Source of the DNA: Bacteroidales bacterium UBA5072
GTDB lineage: Bacteria > Bacteroidota > Bacteroidia > Bacteroidales > UBA10428
Reading direction: 5' to 3'
NCBI GenBank assembly: GCA_002415855.1
Contig: DIAS01000162.1
Span: 3,647-67,646, forward strand
DNA: 64,000 nt
Shown here: positions 47,146 through 56,826 of the stretch, one piece after another
Numbering within the stretch: the stretch's first letter is position 1
Layout: each line of letters opens with the position of its first letter
Position numbers and translations under genes: made by a program
Notes under the pieces: model-generated
Database searches by the model: none
What the model saw: the letters and a program-made list of their open reading frames with translations, nothing else
What the model was told of the DNA's origin: nothing

Positions 47146-48243
47146 ATGGAACCAAAAGTTTTAATTGTTCAACGTTTTTATTACAACTTCAGAGAGGGCT
47201 TTTATGATTACCTGTATGAAAGCAAGGTCAATTTCCGGCTCATTAATTCCACCTGTTCATTGGGCAGGGTCACCGTTCATAAGACGGCCAGGGAGAAGCC
47301 CTATATCAAACAGGTTCCCATGTTTACCTTGGGGCTTAATTATGTCATATTCCCATTTCTCTTTTTCCACATCTGGTTCATAAATCCGGCATGGATCATT
47401 ACCGAAGGGGGACAGAATACGTTCAATAACCTGCAGGTACTGTTATACCATTTCCTGACCCGGAAAAAATACATCATCTGGGACCTGGGGAAAGGGTATG
47501 ATGAATTCCCGGATACCTTTTTGAGGAAGATTTATATGCGTTTTTACAAACTGACGCTCAGAAAAGCATCCTGGATCTATACTTACAACTCTTCGGGTAA
47601 ATTGTATTTTGAATCGCTGGGAATTGACGGCAACAAGGTCCTGGTTTTGAACAATACGGTGGATACGCGGAAAATAAAGCTTTACCGTGAAAAATCAGCC
47701 GGCATGAGACCCGGTGAAACGGATCTTTCAAAGGAGGGGGACAGGATCAACCTGATCTTTGTCGGGGCCCTCCTGCCATCCAAAAATATTGAAGACCTGA
47801 AGCCACTGATGGATTTACTGGGTGAAAAATATTTTCTGATCATGGTTGGTGACGGTGAGCCGGAATACAGGGCACGGTTGCATAAACTTTTTGAGCATAC
47901 CCCGTGCAGGTTCGTCGGTTATAAGAAACTGGATGAAATCGCACCCTACTATAATCTTGCCTCTTTTGCCGTTTTACCCGGTCTTGGGGGATTATCCATT
48001 AACCAGGCCCTGGCGTTTGGATTGCCTGTCATATGCCGGAGCGCAGATGGTGCAGAAAAAGATCTGATCCATGAAAATGAGACAGGTCACATCTATTCAT
48101 CCTTGCAGGATGCAGCAGATTACATCAGGAGTCAAAGTCAGGAAGATTGGGAACGCATGGGGCAATTGTCCCAAAAGCTTATTTATTCTGAGCATAGCCT
48201 GGAATCGATGACTGAGAAATTCCTTTCCAAAATTAAATCCTGA
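47146..48243 (+). CDS. glycosyltransferase, GT4 (GT-B) family
   Basis: The C-terminal half reads LIFVGALLPSKNI...FAVLPGLGGLSINQALAFGLPVICRSADGAEKDLIHENETG, an E(x7)E-type motif region. Confidence 0.8.
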   Translation: MEPKVLIVQRFYYNFREGFYDYLYESKVNFRLINSTCSLGRVTVHKTAREKPYIKQVPMFTLGLNYVIFPFLFFHIWFINPAWIITEGGQNTFNNLQVLLYHFLTRKKYIIWDLGKGYDEFPDTFLRKIYMRFYKLTLRKASWIYTYNSSGKLYFESLGIDGNKVLVLNNTVDTRKIKLYREKSAGMRPGETDLSKEGDRINLIFVGALLPSKNIEDLKPLMDLLGEKYFLIMVGDGEPEYRARLHKLFEHTPCRFVGYKKLDEIAPYYNLASFAVLPGLGGLSINQALAFGLPVICRSADGAEKDLIHENETGHIYSSLQDAADYIRSQSQEDWERMGQLSQKLIYSEHSLESMTEKFLSKIKS

Positions 48244-48325
48244 AATAGTTTATTTGCACTTCAAAATTAAGTATATTCATAGCAGCCAACCCGTGGCACA
48301 ATAACCGGAACATGTCAAACAGTTA

Positions 48326-49345
48326 ATGAATTATTTTATGCTCAGGGGTTTTATCTATCCATACACCGCCAGGGAAGGAGTTATTAAGAATCCATACATC
48401 AGCAATTTCATGAATGCCTTTGAAGGCAGGATTGAATTTGTCAACAGGAACAACACCTCGGTTTTAGGCTTGTTTGACATATTGAAGTATATGCATAAGA
48501 TAGATATTCTCTTTGTGAACTGGCCGGAAGACATCCTTGAAAAACGGGGGGGCTTGCTGCAGATGATCTTCTATTTTTTTCTGATCCATTATTTAAGATT
48601 CAAAGGGATCCTGATCTTTCTGACCTTCCACAACAAAGAATCTCATAACAAGATCAATATCCGGTTGAAGAATTTTTTACGGAATTTCACAGTCCGAAAG
48701 GCAGATTATATTATGACACATGCCCGTGAGGGCGTTAAGATGGTGGAAATGCTTGCCGGAGAAGGTAATGCGAGGATAGGGTTCTTTCATCATCCCGTAT
48801 TGCCCGTCATTACTCTTCCGATTCCGGCTACCAAGAAATATGACCTGTTGATCTGGGGTATGGTTGCTCCCTACAAAGGGGTTGATCATTTCCTGGAATT
48901 CATCAAGGAAGAGAAGCTCGATCATTTGAAAATACTGATCGCCGGGAAGATATCCGGAGAGGAATATCGCAGCAAGATCTTAGCCTACAGCACATCGCAG
49001 ATCGAGATCATGGATAAATTTATATCCACGCAACAACTGGAGGATTTTATCGTGCAAAGCCGGGCCGTATTGTTTACTTATTTGGGAAAAAGCATATTAA
49101 GCAGCGGTGCTTTGATGGACACCCTGCGTTATGGGCCCTTGATTATCGGACCGAATTACGGGTCTTTTAAGGATCTTCATGAAGAAGGGCTAATAGAGGT
49201 GTACGATGATTATGCCCATTTAAAAGTACTTTTAAACAATCTGGACAGGCGACCTGACAGGAACAGAACGGAGAAATTCATTGCTGAACATTCCTGGAGC
49301 AGGTTTGGCGCTGATGTTTATAATTTCATTGCATTGAACCCCTAA
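48326..49345 (+). CDS. putative glycosyltransferase (GT-B-like), family uncertain
   Basis: The call rests on size, context and a C-terminal half with (K/R)GVDHFLEF...ILIAGK...[27 protein letters not shown] saw no clear catalytic motif. Confidence 0.45.
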   Translation: MNYFMLRGFIYPYTAREGVIKNPYISNFMNAFEGRIEFVNRNNTSVLGLFDILKYMHKIDILFVNWPEDILEKRGGLLQMIFYFFLIHYLRFKGILIFLTFHNKESHNKINIRLKNFLRNFTVRKADYIMTHAREGVKMVEMLAGEGNARIGFFHHPVLPVITLPIPATKKYDLLIWGMVAPYKGVDHFLEFIKEEKLDHLKILIAGKISGEEYRSKILAYSTSQIEIMDKFISTQQLEDFIVQSRAVLFTYLGKSILSSGALMDTLRYGPLIIGPNYGSFKDLHEEGLIEVYDDYAHLKVLLNNLDRRPDRNRTEKFIAEHSWSRFGADVYNFIALNP

Positions 49346-49358
49346 ATTAAATAGGACT

Positions 49359-49895
49359 ATGCGGAAGGCAATCGTGAAGATCCGGGACTTATTGCTTGCA
49401 AAAATCATCTGGCGCAGGCATGCTATCGGGAAAGGCTTTCATGCCGGGGCCCGGGTGCATTTGTGGAGCAAACATACCCTGGTAATCGGCAAGAATTTTT
49501 ACATCGGCAGAGACTCCCTGATCGAGTGTGACGCCATCATTGGGGATGATGTCATTTTTGCAAACCGGGTAGCGCTGATCGGTAGATACGATCATAATTA
49601 CCAACAGATTGGCGTACCGGTCAGAAGGGCTTCACAGATCAGGGATCCTGGTTATGCCTGGAAAGGACTGAATATGAAGGTTGTGATCGGTGACGATGTG
49701 TGGATCGGTTATGGAACGATCGTGTTAAGCGGCGTAACCATCGGCAACGGCAGTATCATTGCAGCCGGTTCGGTGGTTACCAAAGATGTGGAACCCTATA
49801 GTATTTATGCGGGATCTCCTGCAAAAAAAATAACAAACCGGTTTGACTCCGAAGAGGATACGCGAAAGCACATTTCCCTTTACTATCAGAAATAA
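49359..49895 (+). CDS. hexapeptide-repeat (left-handed beta-helix) acetyltransferase
   Basis: [47 protein letters not shown] is a classic LbH O-/N-acetyltransferase C-terminus. Confidence 0.85.
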   Translation: MRKAIVKIRDLLLAKIIWRRHAIGKGFHAGARVHLWSKHTLVIGKNFYIGRDSLIECDAIIGDDVIFANRVALIGRYDHNYQQIGVPVRRASQIRDPGYAWKGLNMKVVIGDDVWIGYGTIVLSGVTIGNGSIIAAGSVVTKDVEPYSIYAGSPAKKITNRFDSEEDTRKHISLYYQK

Positions 49896-49917
49896 GCAGA
49901 CTCAGCAGGTGCCTGGC

Positions 49918-50796
49918 TTACCTGAAAAGGCTTTTCAACCAGTGTTTGAAGAAACTTCCGAAATACAGTATGTTGCTGTAAAGGAAATAAAAATGAAAGA
50001 CAAAGGATGTGCAATGCCTTTTCCGGAATTTGTAGGCAACAGCAATGTTATAATTTGATTTAATGCTGGTGAGCGTTCGAAGAAACAGACGCCATTGAGC
50101 CTTATGTTCCAGACCTGAACTCGATTTGTCATTCCAGATTTTCAGATCAGGTAAGGCCATGAGGATAAATCCCTTTTCCTTTGCACGGAGAAAGAAATCA
50201 CAATCACCATAATACTGCGGGAAATTTTTTTGGTCGAACAATCCTACCTGCCTGAAGACCTCAACGGGAATCAGCGTGCCCATACCTCCAGTCCAGTCAA
50301 CCTGAACAGGATGATTGAATTCAGCCGAATCGGTCATACCATAACCGTTCATTTTAAGCTTGCCGGTCGTGGGATTGAAGAATGCCCCCATTCCAAAGAG
50401 CACATCCGGTTTTGCCAGGAAGTAAACTTTTGAGGCTATGATTGTTTTGCTGTTATATTTATCAACATTTTTTATCAGGTTGTTGAAAAAATTCTCAGCA
50501 CAAATAGTATCGTGGTTCCAGAGTAAAACATACTGATATTCCTGATCAGCAAGGGCATACCGAACACCCAGGTTTATCCCTCCGCTCCACCACAGGTTAC
50601 CGTCGCCTTTGAGGACAATAATACCGGGATAATTCAAGTTTAACCATTCAGCAGTGCCGTCATTGGAATTGTCATCGGCGACGATGATCGTGAACTTCCG
50701 GTGCTCAATTGCATTGATCTGTGCCATGATGGGAGGCAAAGAATTCTGAAGATATTTAAGTCCGTTGAAAACAGGAATAACAATGGCGATGCTCAT
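49918..50796 (-). CDS. glycosyltransferase family 2
   Basis: MSIAIVIPVFNGLKYLQNSLP...IIVADDNSNDGT...LLWNHD shows GT-A motifs. Confidence 0.85.
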   Translation of the reverse strand: MSIAIVIPVFNGLKYLQNSLPPIMAQINAIEHRKFTIIVADDNSNDGTAEWLNLNYPGIIVLKGDGNLWWSGGINLGVRYALADQEYQYVLLWNHDTICAENFFNNLIKNVDKYNSKTIIASKVYFLAKPDVLFGMGAFFNPTTGKLKMNGYGMTDSAEFNHPVQVDWTGGMGTLIPVEVFRQVGLFDQKNFPQYYGDCDFFLRAKEKGFILMALPDLKIWNDKSSSGLEHKAQWRLFLRTLTSIKSNYNIAVAYKFRKRHCTSFVFHFYFLYSNILYFGSFFKHWLKSLFR

Positions 50797-50905
50797 GTTA
50801 AAAAATTATAATTTATATAGAAGTGATGTATATCATCAGAAAAAAAATAACTTTACGCAATAATTCACGTTATAAGTTTAGTTGTTCGTCACTGATTTTA
50901 GTTGA

Positions 50906-50957
50906 TTGGTCAAATAAATTGATAAGTTGGTCAAATTAATGAAGTTATTAGTCAAAC
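50906..50957 (+). promoter_or_regulatory. three phased direct repeats TT(G/A)GTCAAA(T/C); candidate transcription-factor binding array
   Basis: TTGGTCAAAT starts at 50906 and 50927, and TTAGTCAAAC at 50948. The start-to-start spacing is exactly 21 bp (two helical turns). The array lies 40-90 bp upstream of the ATG at 50997. Confidence 0.45.
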
Positions 50958-50996
50958 CCCCTCAATCAATGAACAATAACTAAACTTATTTTTACA

Positions 50997-53966
50997 ATGG
51001 AGAAGTACATAAATATGATGCGGGCAAAGTTAAATAAAGAAAAGTTTCAACCAAGCAGTTTTTTCAACACACTCTTTCTGTTAGTTCTTGTTATTCTGAT
51101 CAATGGATTAATGCCCGTTGCGGCACAAAATAGTGAGGTAGTTGTATTTTCGGAAAACTGGAATGACAGTTATTTGTTGGAGCCCTGGAAGCCCAACAAT
51201 AGTGCAGGCTGGTTTCTTACATCACCTAAAAACCAGTTGGTTGCACAGGAGAATCGTGGTAATTCTCTGCGGGTAAATTTCGACGCAGGAGACCTGGGTT
51301 CGGCATCGGGTATGGGTAATTACCGGATATACCTTGATTCCATGTATAAGGAGCTTTATATCAGCTGGGAATACTGGCTTACAGCAGATTTCGATTTTGG
51401 GTATGCTGACGGAAATGGCGGAGGCAAATTCTTTGGTGGCGTAAGCGGCGGTAACATGTATGATATTCCGCGGACAGCAATAGATACGGCTGATGGCTGG
51501 GCGTACTTCATGATGTTCCAGAACGGCAGCTATTATACCTACCCTTATTTTTACAATGCTGAATATTGGGGCGGATATCCGGCCGGTTATAAAATTACAG
51601 CTTTAACGCGAGGTGAATGGAGAGAAATTACCGTACGGCTGAAGGTTAATGATCCGCAAGTGGCGAACGGGATTGTTGAGGTTTTCGATAACGGTAAGCT
51701 TGTATTTCAGCAGACAAATGCCCAGATGACATCTCCAACACATCCTGAATGGCTTATCGACGCACTGTATCTGAACAACTTCTTCGGAGGCACCAGCGCC
51801 TGTCCCAAAGCGCAGTATGCCATGTATGACAACCTTGTTGCCTGGTATTACCCCAAAGGAAGCAGTATGTACAGGTCAGGCGTCAGTGAATCGGGAAGAA
51901 CACTATATGCTCCCAGGGTTTCGAATTATCATCCGAAAGTGCCGAATAAATTCACGGAAACTGTTTATTCCGATGCTGCCGGAAAGATATCCAGTCATTG
52001 CGGATTTGAAATGCCTATCTATCATGGCGATGATTATGAAACTTCCACCATTGAAATCAGTAATGCATCCAGAATATCCATTAATGTTTCCGAGTTTACC
52101 TATGACAAGGGCCAAAGTTACACCGGATATAAGCAAATACTTAATATTTATCAGGGAAAAGGAAGCAACAGAACCCTGGTAAAATCTTTCATGTATGGAC
52201 AGAACACCTCTGTTCCATCGCAAATAGAAATATCAGGAAATACGGCCGAAATCGAATGGCAGGCAGGCAATGGGCAGCACAGAGGTTTTACATTGACCTA
52301 CACCTCCAATGGTACCGGCTCCGGGAAGAACTTTACGTGTGGAAAATTTACGGCCACGCAGCGGGGTGCAAATCAAACCACCACACAAACAGAACCTACG
52401 GCATACCCGCCTTATACCCCTTCAAATCTGCAGGTTACGTCGGCGACCACCACTTCGATAGGTATAAAATGGAATGACAATTCAGCCATTGAAACCGCTT
52501 ATGAAATTGAGCGCATGGGACCAGCCGATCAAAGAAAGACAACCCGGGTTGGCGCCAATATAACTACTTATAACGATACCGGGCTGGAATCCAATGCAAC
52601 TTATACATACTGGGTCAGAGCCTATAACACAACCGGCGGGTATTCGGCCTATACAGCGTCAGTTCAGGCCAAAACACAATCCCCTGCGGTGCCCCTGAAT
52701 GCACCAAGCAGCCTGACAAGTACTGGATATACCGAAAAGAGCATCACCATACAATGGAGTGACAATTCCAATAATGAAAACGGATTTATGATTACCCGAA
52801 CGCTGGGCATGAATCCGGACAGCAGTGTCAACATCATTGTTGGAGCCAATGAGACCGGTTTTACCGATGACAGTCTTGCATCCAATACAACCTATATTTA
52901 CACAGTTAAAGCTGTTAACAATAACGGAACCTCGGCTTCCAGTAACAAGAATGTGGCGGCAACGTTATCGATCATTGAAACACAACGTGTTAAGGAAGGT
53001 CTGATCGCTTATTATAATTTCGGATATGATCCTGATTATATTGTTCACGACTTATCAGGATACGGTAATCCTTTAAACCTTAAGATATTGCAGCCATCCG
53101 CAGTTGCCTGGAATGAAAATAACCGGATTGAGATTATCTCAAACACGGCTATCGTATCCGCTTCCTCTGCCAGTAAAATAACCTCAGAGATCAAAAGAAC
53201 CGGGGAAATTACCATGGAATGCTGGATAAGACCTTCAGACCCTGACTTATCAGCAAGCTCCCGGGTGATATCACTGGCTATCAATGATGCAGAGGTAGGT
53301 TTCGTGCTCGATCAGCATTACAGTGATGTGGATGATGGAAAATCATTGAGTTACAGTGTCCGGCTTCAAACAGAGTCAACCAATAAATCAGGGTTCCCCG
53401 AAATTTCCCCGTTGAACAGTATTGCCTATCTCAATATGCAGCATGTGGTATACATACGGGATACACTCGGCAATGAATCCCTTTATGTAAACGGGGAAAA
53501 GTCAGCCGAAGGATTTCGTCCCAGCAACTTCAGCACCTGGAGCAATAACTTTTACCTGAGGCTGGGTAATGAAAATGACCTTACCCACCCCTGGAAAGGA
53601 ACGTTTTATTCCATGGCCATTTATAACAAAGCCTTATCGGTTGGTGAAATCAGTAAGAATTATGCCCTTGGACCCTGTGATAACATCAAGACTGATGGCC
53701 AGGAATTTACAATCAATGTTTACCCCAATCCTATCACCGATGTTGCAAACATTGAGATTGTGCCGGTCAATTTGCAGGATTATATTCCACTTACCACCAT
53801 ACGGTTACTGGACATGTATGGTAAAGTCCATTATCAGACCACGCTGTTTAATCCGGATGACGGGTATCATACGACCATGGATTTTGGCAGGTATTCCAAG
53901 GGTATTTATTTTCTGCAAATAGTATCCGGAAATGATCAGTCAGCTACCAAGCTTATTGTTCAGTAG
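50997..53966 (+). CDS. T9SS-secreted protein: unassigned N-terminal beta-rich domains, 2 FN3 domains, a LamG domain and a CTD
   Basis: The signal/anchor is FFNTLFLLVLVILINGLMPVAAQ. The FN3 domains read PSNLQVTSATTTSIGIKWNDNS..YEIER and PSSLTSTGYTEKSITIQWSDNSNNENGFMITR. The LamG-type end is WKGTFYSMAIYNKALSVGEISKNY. The CTD is INVYPNPITDVANIEI...GIYFLQIVSGNDQSATKLIVQ. Confidence 0.8.
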   Translation: MEKYINMMRAKLNKEKFQPSSFFNTLFLLVLVILINGLMPVAAQNSEVVVFSENWNDSYLLEPWKPNNSAGWFLTSPKNQLVAQENRGNSLRVNFDAGDLGSASGMGNYRIYLDSMYKELYISWEYWLTADFDFGYADGNGGGKFFGGVSGGNMYDIPRTAIDTADGWAYFMMFQNGSYYTYPYFYNAEYWGGYPAGYKITALTRGEWREITVRLKVNDPQVANGIVEVFDNGKLVFQQTNAQMTSPTHPEWLIDALYLNNFFGGTSACPKAQYAMYDNLVAWYYPKGSSMYRSGVSESGRTLYAPRVSNYHPKVPNKFTETVYSDAAGKISSHCGFEMPIYHGDDYETSTIEISNASRISINVSEFTYDKGQSYTGYKQILNIYQGKGSNRTLVKSFMYGQNTSVPSQIEISGNTAEIEWQAGNGQHRGFTLTYTSNGTGSGKNFTCGKFTATQRGANQTTTQTEPTAYPPYTPSNLQVTSATTTSIGIKWNDNSAIETAYEIERMGPADQRKTTRVGANITTYNDTGLESNATYTYWVRAYNTTGGYSAYTASVQAKTQSPAVPLNAPSSLTSTGYTEKSITIQWSDNSNNENGFMITRTLGMNPDSSVNIIVGANETGFTDDSLASNTTYIYTVKAVNNNGTSASSNKNVAATLSIIETQRVKEGLIAYYNFGYDPDYIVHDLSGYGNPLNLKILQPSAVAWNENNRIEIISNTAIVSASSASKITSEIKRTGEITMECWIRPSDPDLSASSRVISLAINDAEVGFVLDQHYSDVDDGKSLSYSVRLQTESTNKSGFPEISPLNSIAYLNMQHVVYIRDTLGNESLYVNGEKSAEGFRPSNFSTWSNNFYLRLGNENDLTHPWKGTFYSMAIYNKALSVGEISKNYALGPCDNIKTDGQEFTINVYPNPITDVANIEIVPVNLQDYIPLTTIRLLDMYGKVHYQTTLFNPDDGYHTTMDFGRYSKGIYFLQIVSGNDQSATKLIVQ

Positions 53967-54014
53967 CAGGTTTACCGGAAATAATTGCTCCTATCCAACT
54001 TCAGAAAAAAAACT

Positions 54015-54022
54015 TACATTTG
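54015..54022 (+). promoter_or_regulatory. candidate -7 box (TACATTTG) for the WecG/TagA-family gene
   Basis: It matches TAnnTTTG and ends 76 nt upstream of the ATG at 54099. Confidence 0.4.
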
Positions 54023-54098
54023 TCCTTTCCTCAGGGATCAATGCATGATTGATCTTACGGAGAGCCAATCATTCATAAAACGATAATTTATTAATTGA

Positions 54099-54836
54099 AT
54101 GGATTTTGTTAATTGCTTGGGATTTAATGTTTTCCCCGGTAATCTGCAAGAGATTACGCTCAGTAAAGAAAACAAGATTCTGAATACAATAAGTCCCATC
54201 TCCTATGGTATATCTACCAGGGATAAACTCTTCAGGCAGGCCCTAAAGTCGTCTGATATACTGGTCCTGGACGGAGTCTATTTTGGTTTGAGCAGTTTGT
54301 TTCTGCATGGAAGGATCATGACGGTAAACCAGGGCCCTGACGTATTTTATCATTTTATGAAGAGAATGAATGCCGTGCATGGCAAAGTCTTTCTGCTGGG
54401 AGCTTCCAATTCCACGCTTGAAAAAATGAAGCTTAGGGCACTGGTAGATTATCCGAATGCAGAGGTTTCGTTCTTCTCTCCTCCTTATAAGGACGAGTTT
54501 ACCGATGAGGATAACCGTATCATGCTGGAAAAGATAAACAGTTTTGAGCCGGATATTCTGTTTGTCAGCATGACATGTCCCAAGCAGGAAAAATGGGCCT
54601 TCAAGAACAAAAACAATATCAAGGCATGCCTGACGTGCGACATAGGTGCCGTTTTTGATTGGTACGCCGGAATAAAACCCATTGCTCCTATTTGGTGGAA
54701 GCTGCGGCTGGCCTGGTTAAAAAGGCTCATCGACAGACCCGAAATGATCAAACGATATCCGAATATTGTGCTGTTTTTCTGGCATTTATTTCTGGCTGTT
54801 ATGGGAATCAAGAAATACAGGAATGGTAACTTCTAA
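54099..54836 (+). CDS. WecB/TagA/CpsF family (GT26) glycosyltransferase, WecG-like
   Basis: VFLLGASNSTLEKMK...FFSPPYKDEFTDEDNRIMLEKINSFEPDILFVSMTCPKQEKW...DIGAVFDWYAG is the GT26 core (G.P.QE.W). Confidence 0.85.
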   Translation: MDFVNCLGFNVFPGNLQEITLSKENKILNTISPISYGISTRDKLFRQALKSSDILVLDGVYFGLSSLFLHGRIMTVNQGPDVFYHFMKRMNAVHGKVFLLGASNSTLEKMKLRALVDYPNAEVSFFSPPYKDEFTDEDNRIMLEKINSFEPDILFVSMTCPKQEKWAFKNKNNIKACLTCDIGAVFDWYAGIKPIAPIWWKLRLAWLKRLIDRPEMIKRYPNIVLFFWHLFLAVMGIKKYRNGNF

Positions 54837-55043
54837 TATCTTTACCTGAAGATTAATTTTTACGGTAATCTTCTGGCAATCCTTGCATTGAAGTTGTCAT
54901 AAATCCGCAAGGTTTATCTTTTATTCAGATCATAAAAAGTTTTATCACAAATAACATGACTTTCATCAAAACGCATTTGAGAGTCAATGCAGCATTATAT
55001 TGCCATAATTCACTGATATAAAGACGATTTCGCTAGGTTCAAC

Positions 55044-55051
55044 TACCTTTG
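55044..55051 (+). promoter_or_regulatory. candidate -7 box (TACCTTTG) for WecA-like copy 1
   Basis: It matches TAnnTTTG about 147 nt upstream of the ATG at 55199, which implies a long leader. The equivalent position in copy 2 does not match. Confidence 0.35.
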
Positions 55052-55198
55052 TATTGATTCCGTTCATCCAAAAAATGTATCCTTGCGTTGATTCATGGAC
55101 TATTTTTACACAGAAAAATAATTGAAAAGACTTAAGGCGAATTTAAAATCTGAACAACCTGAACCACCCAAAATCATAATCTCTATAATTTCACTGAT

Positions 55199-56419
55199 AT
55201 GATTCCCTATCTCAATTATTCCTCACAAGTAATCTCCTTATGGGTTTTGGCAATCCTGGGATTTGCTTTTGCATTGATACTCACCTATGTTTCAATCCCA
55301 TCACTGGTTACTATTGCTAAAAGAAAAAGCCTTCACGCCACTCCCAATGGACGTACTTCTCACACCGGTTCAACTCCGATACTCGGAGGTGTAGCCATAT
55401 TTAACGGTTTCATTTTATCCACTGCCATCGTAGCCGGTACTTTCTTCAAGTTTGACCTGGTATATGTCATTTCAGGGCTCATCATCCTTTTTATTGCTGG
55501 ACTGAAGGATGATATACTCGAGATTCATCCGCGCAGCAAACTTGCTGCAGAAATTACGGCCACGCTGCTGATTGCATTGCTGGCAGATATCAGGATCAGT
55601 GATTTTCACGGCTTGTTTGGTTTGCATGAAATACCTTACCTGCTTAGTATCCTTATTACAGTATTCGTATTTATCGTTATTATCAACGGATTTAATCTGA
55701 TTGACGGAATTGATGGACTTGCTGCCGGGGTGACCATACTTACATCCTCAGTCCTTGGCATCTGGTTCTGGAGAACCGGTAACGTAGCCTATACCATCAT
55801 GAGCTTTGCTCTTGCCGGATCACTTGTAGCCTTCTTCAGGTACAATGTTTTCGGCAAAGAAAATAAGATCTTTATGGGTGATACAGGATCGCTTATCATT
55901 GGCCTTGTCATGTCAATCCTGACGACCCGTTTTCTACAGTTGGATCTGCATGCCGAAGGTACCATGGCCATTCAGTCTGCACCAGCTGTTACTGTTGGTA
56001 TTCTTATCATTCCACTTTTTGACACGCTTCGTGTTTTTTCCATCCGGATCAGTCAGGGCAAATCTCCTTTTTCTGCTGACCGGCAGCATTTGCACCATCG
56101 TCTTTTGCAGCTCGGCCTTACACACTTTCAGACCACCCTCACGCTTCTTGCAGTAAACGTAGCCTTTATTTTAATGTGCTATGCGCTTCAGAATGTTGGG
56201 ATCCTTTGGCTCATGATCATTATTCTGGCGACTGCACTGATGTTATCACGGACCCTGATGTATTTTGTACACAAAAAGACCGCAAGGGAGATTATTGATA
56301 CCAGATTTGTTACCGCCGAGAATCTCGATACTGTATACGGCAAGAGAAAGACCGAGAGGTTGCAGCCTAAGGAACCAACGGTCAAGGAAACCGCCAAAAC
56401 AACTACAGTTGTACCTTAA
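55199..56419 (+). CDS. MraY/WecA family polyprenyl-phosphate N-acetylhexosamine-1-phosphate transferase (copy 1)
   Basis: The motifs are GRTSHTGSTPILGG, AGLKDD, NGFNLIDGIDGLAAG, FMGDTGSL and SPFSADRQHLHHRLL, with about 11 TM segments. Confidence 0.87.
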   Translation: MIPYLNYSSQVISLWVLAILGFAFALILTYVSIPSLVTIAKRKSLHATPNGRTSHTGSTPILGGVAIFNGFILSTAIVAGTFFKFDLVYVISGLIILFIAGLKDDILEIHPRSKLAAEITATLLIALLADIRISDFHGLFGLHEIPYLLSILITVFVFIVIINGFNLIDGIDGLAAGVTILTSSVLGIWFWRTGNVAYTIMSFALAGSLVAFFRYNVFGKENKIFMGDTGSLIIGLVMSILTTRFLQLDLHAEGTMAIQSAPAVTVGILIIPLFDTLRVFSIRISQGKSPFSADRQHLHHRLLQLGLTHFQTTLTLLAVNVAFILMCYALQNVGILWLMIIILATALMLSRTLMYFVHKKTAREIIDTRFVTAENLDTVYGKRKTERLQPKEPTVKETAKTTTVVP

Positions 56420-56480
56420 AGTAATGCTGCTTAGGTTTCCTGAAGCAACAGAAACAGTCTGTTAAGCAAGTCTTGCAATG

Positions 56481-56519
56481 ATCCGTGCATGAAACCTCCG
56501 CGTACATGCACGGATTTTG
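56481..56519 (+). terminator. intrinsic terminator between the two WecA-like copies
   Basis: The 11-bp stem ATCCGTGCATG/CATGCACGGAT (56481-56491 and 56505-56515) is followed by TTTT. Confidence 0.7.
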
Positions 56520-56826
56520 TATATCGGGCTTCATCATTAAAGGTCCCGTCAGGCGCAAAGTCACAAAACGAATTTATCACAGATATGCTGCCTTTCATCA
56601 AATCAGCATTTGGCGCCAAATGCTGAACTGACAAGCATAACCTATTGTATTATAATGCATTTGATCAGAGTTCCCCCTTCCAATATTGATTCCCTTCATC
56701 CAAAACCATTTTATTTTCACTTGGGCAACCATTACTTTTACATTGAAAACGAAACAAAAACGTCTCTGACAAGCGTGATTTTAAAACCTGAAGCATCCAA
56801 AATAGTAAATTAAAATTTTCACTGAT

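Noticed and set aside
49823-49830. An A8 homopolymer inside the acetyltransferase gene, considered as a slipped-strand phase-variation site.
   Set aside because: It lies only ~23 codons from the stop, after the catalytic beta-helix. A frameshift would barely change the protein, and 8 nt is short for efficient slippage.
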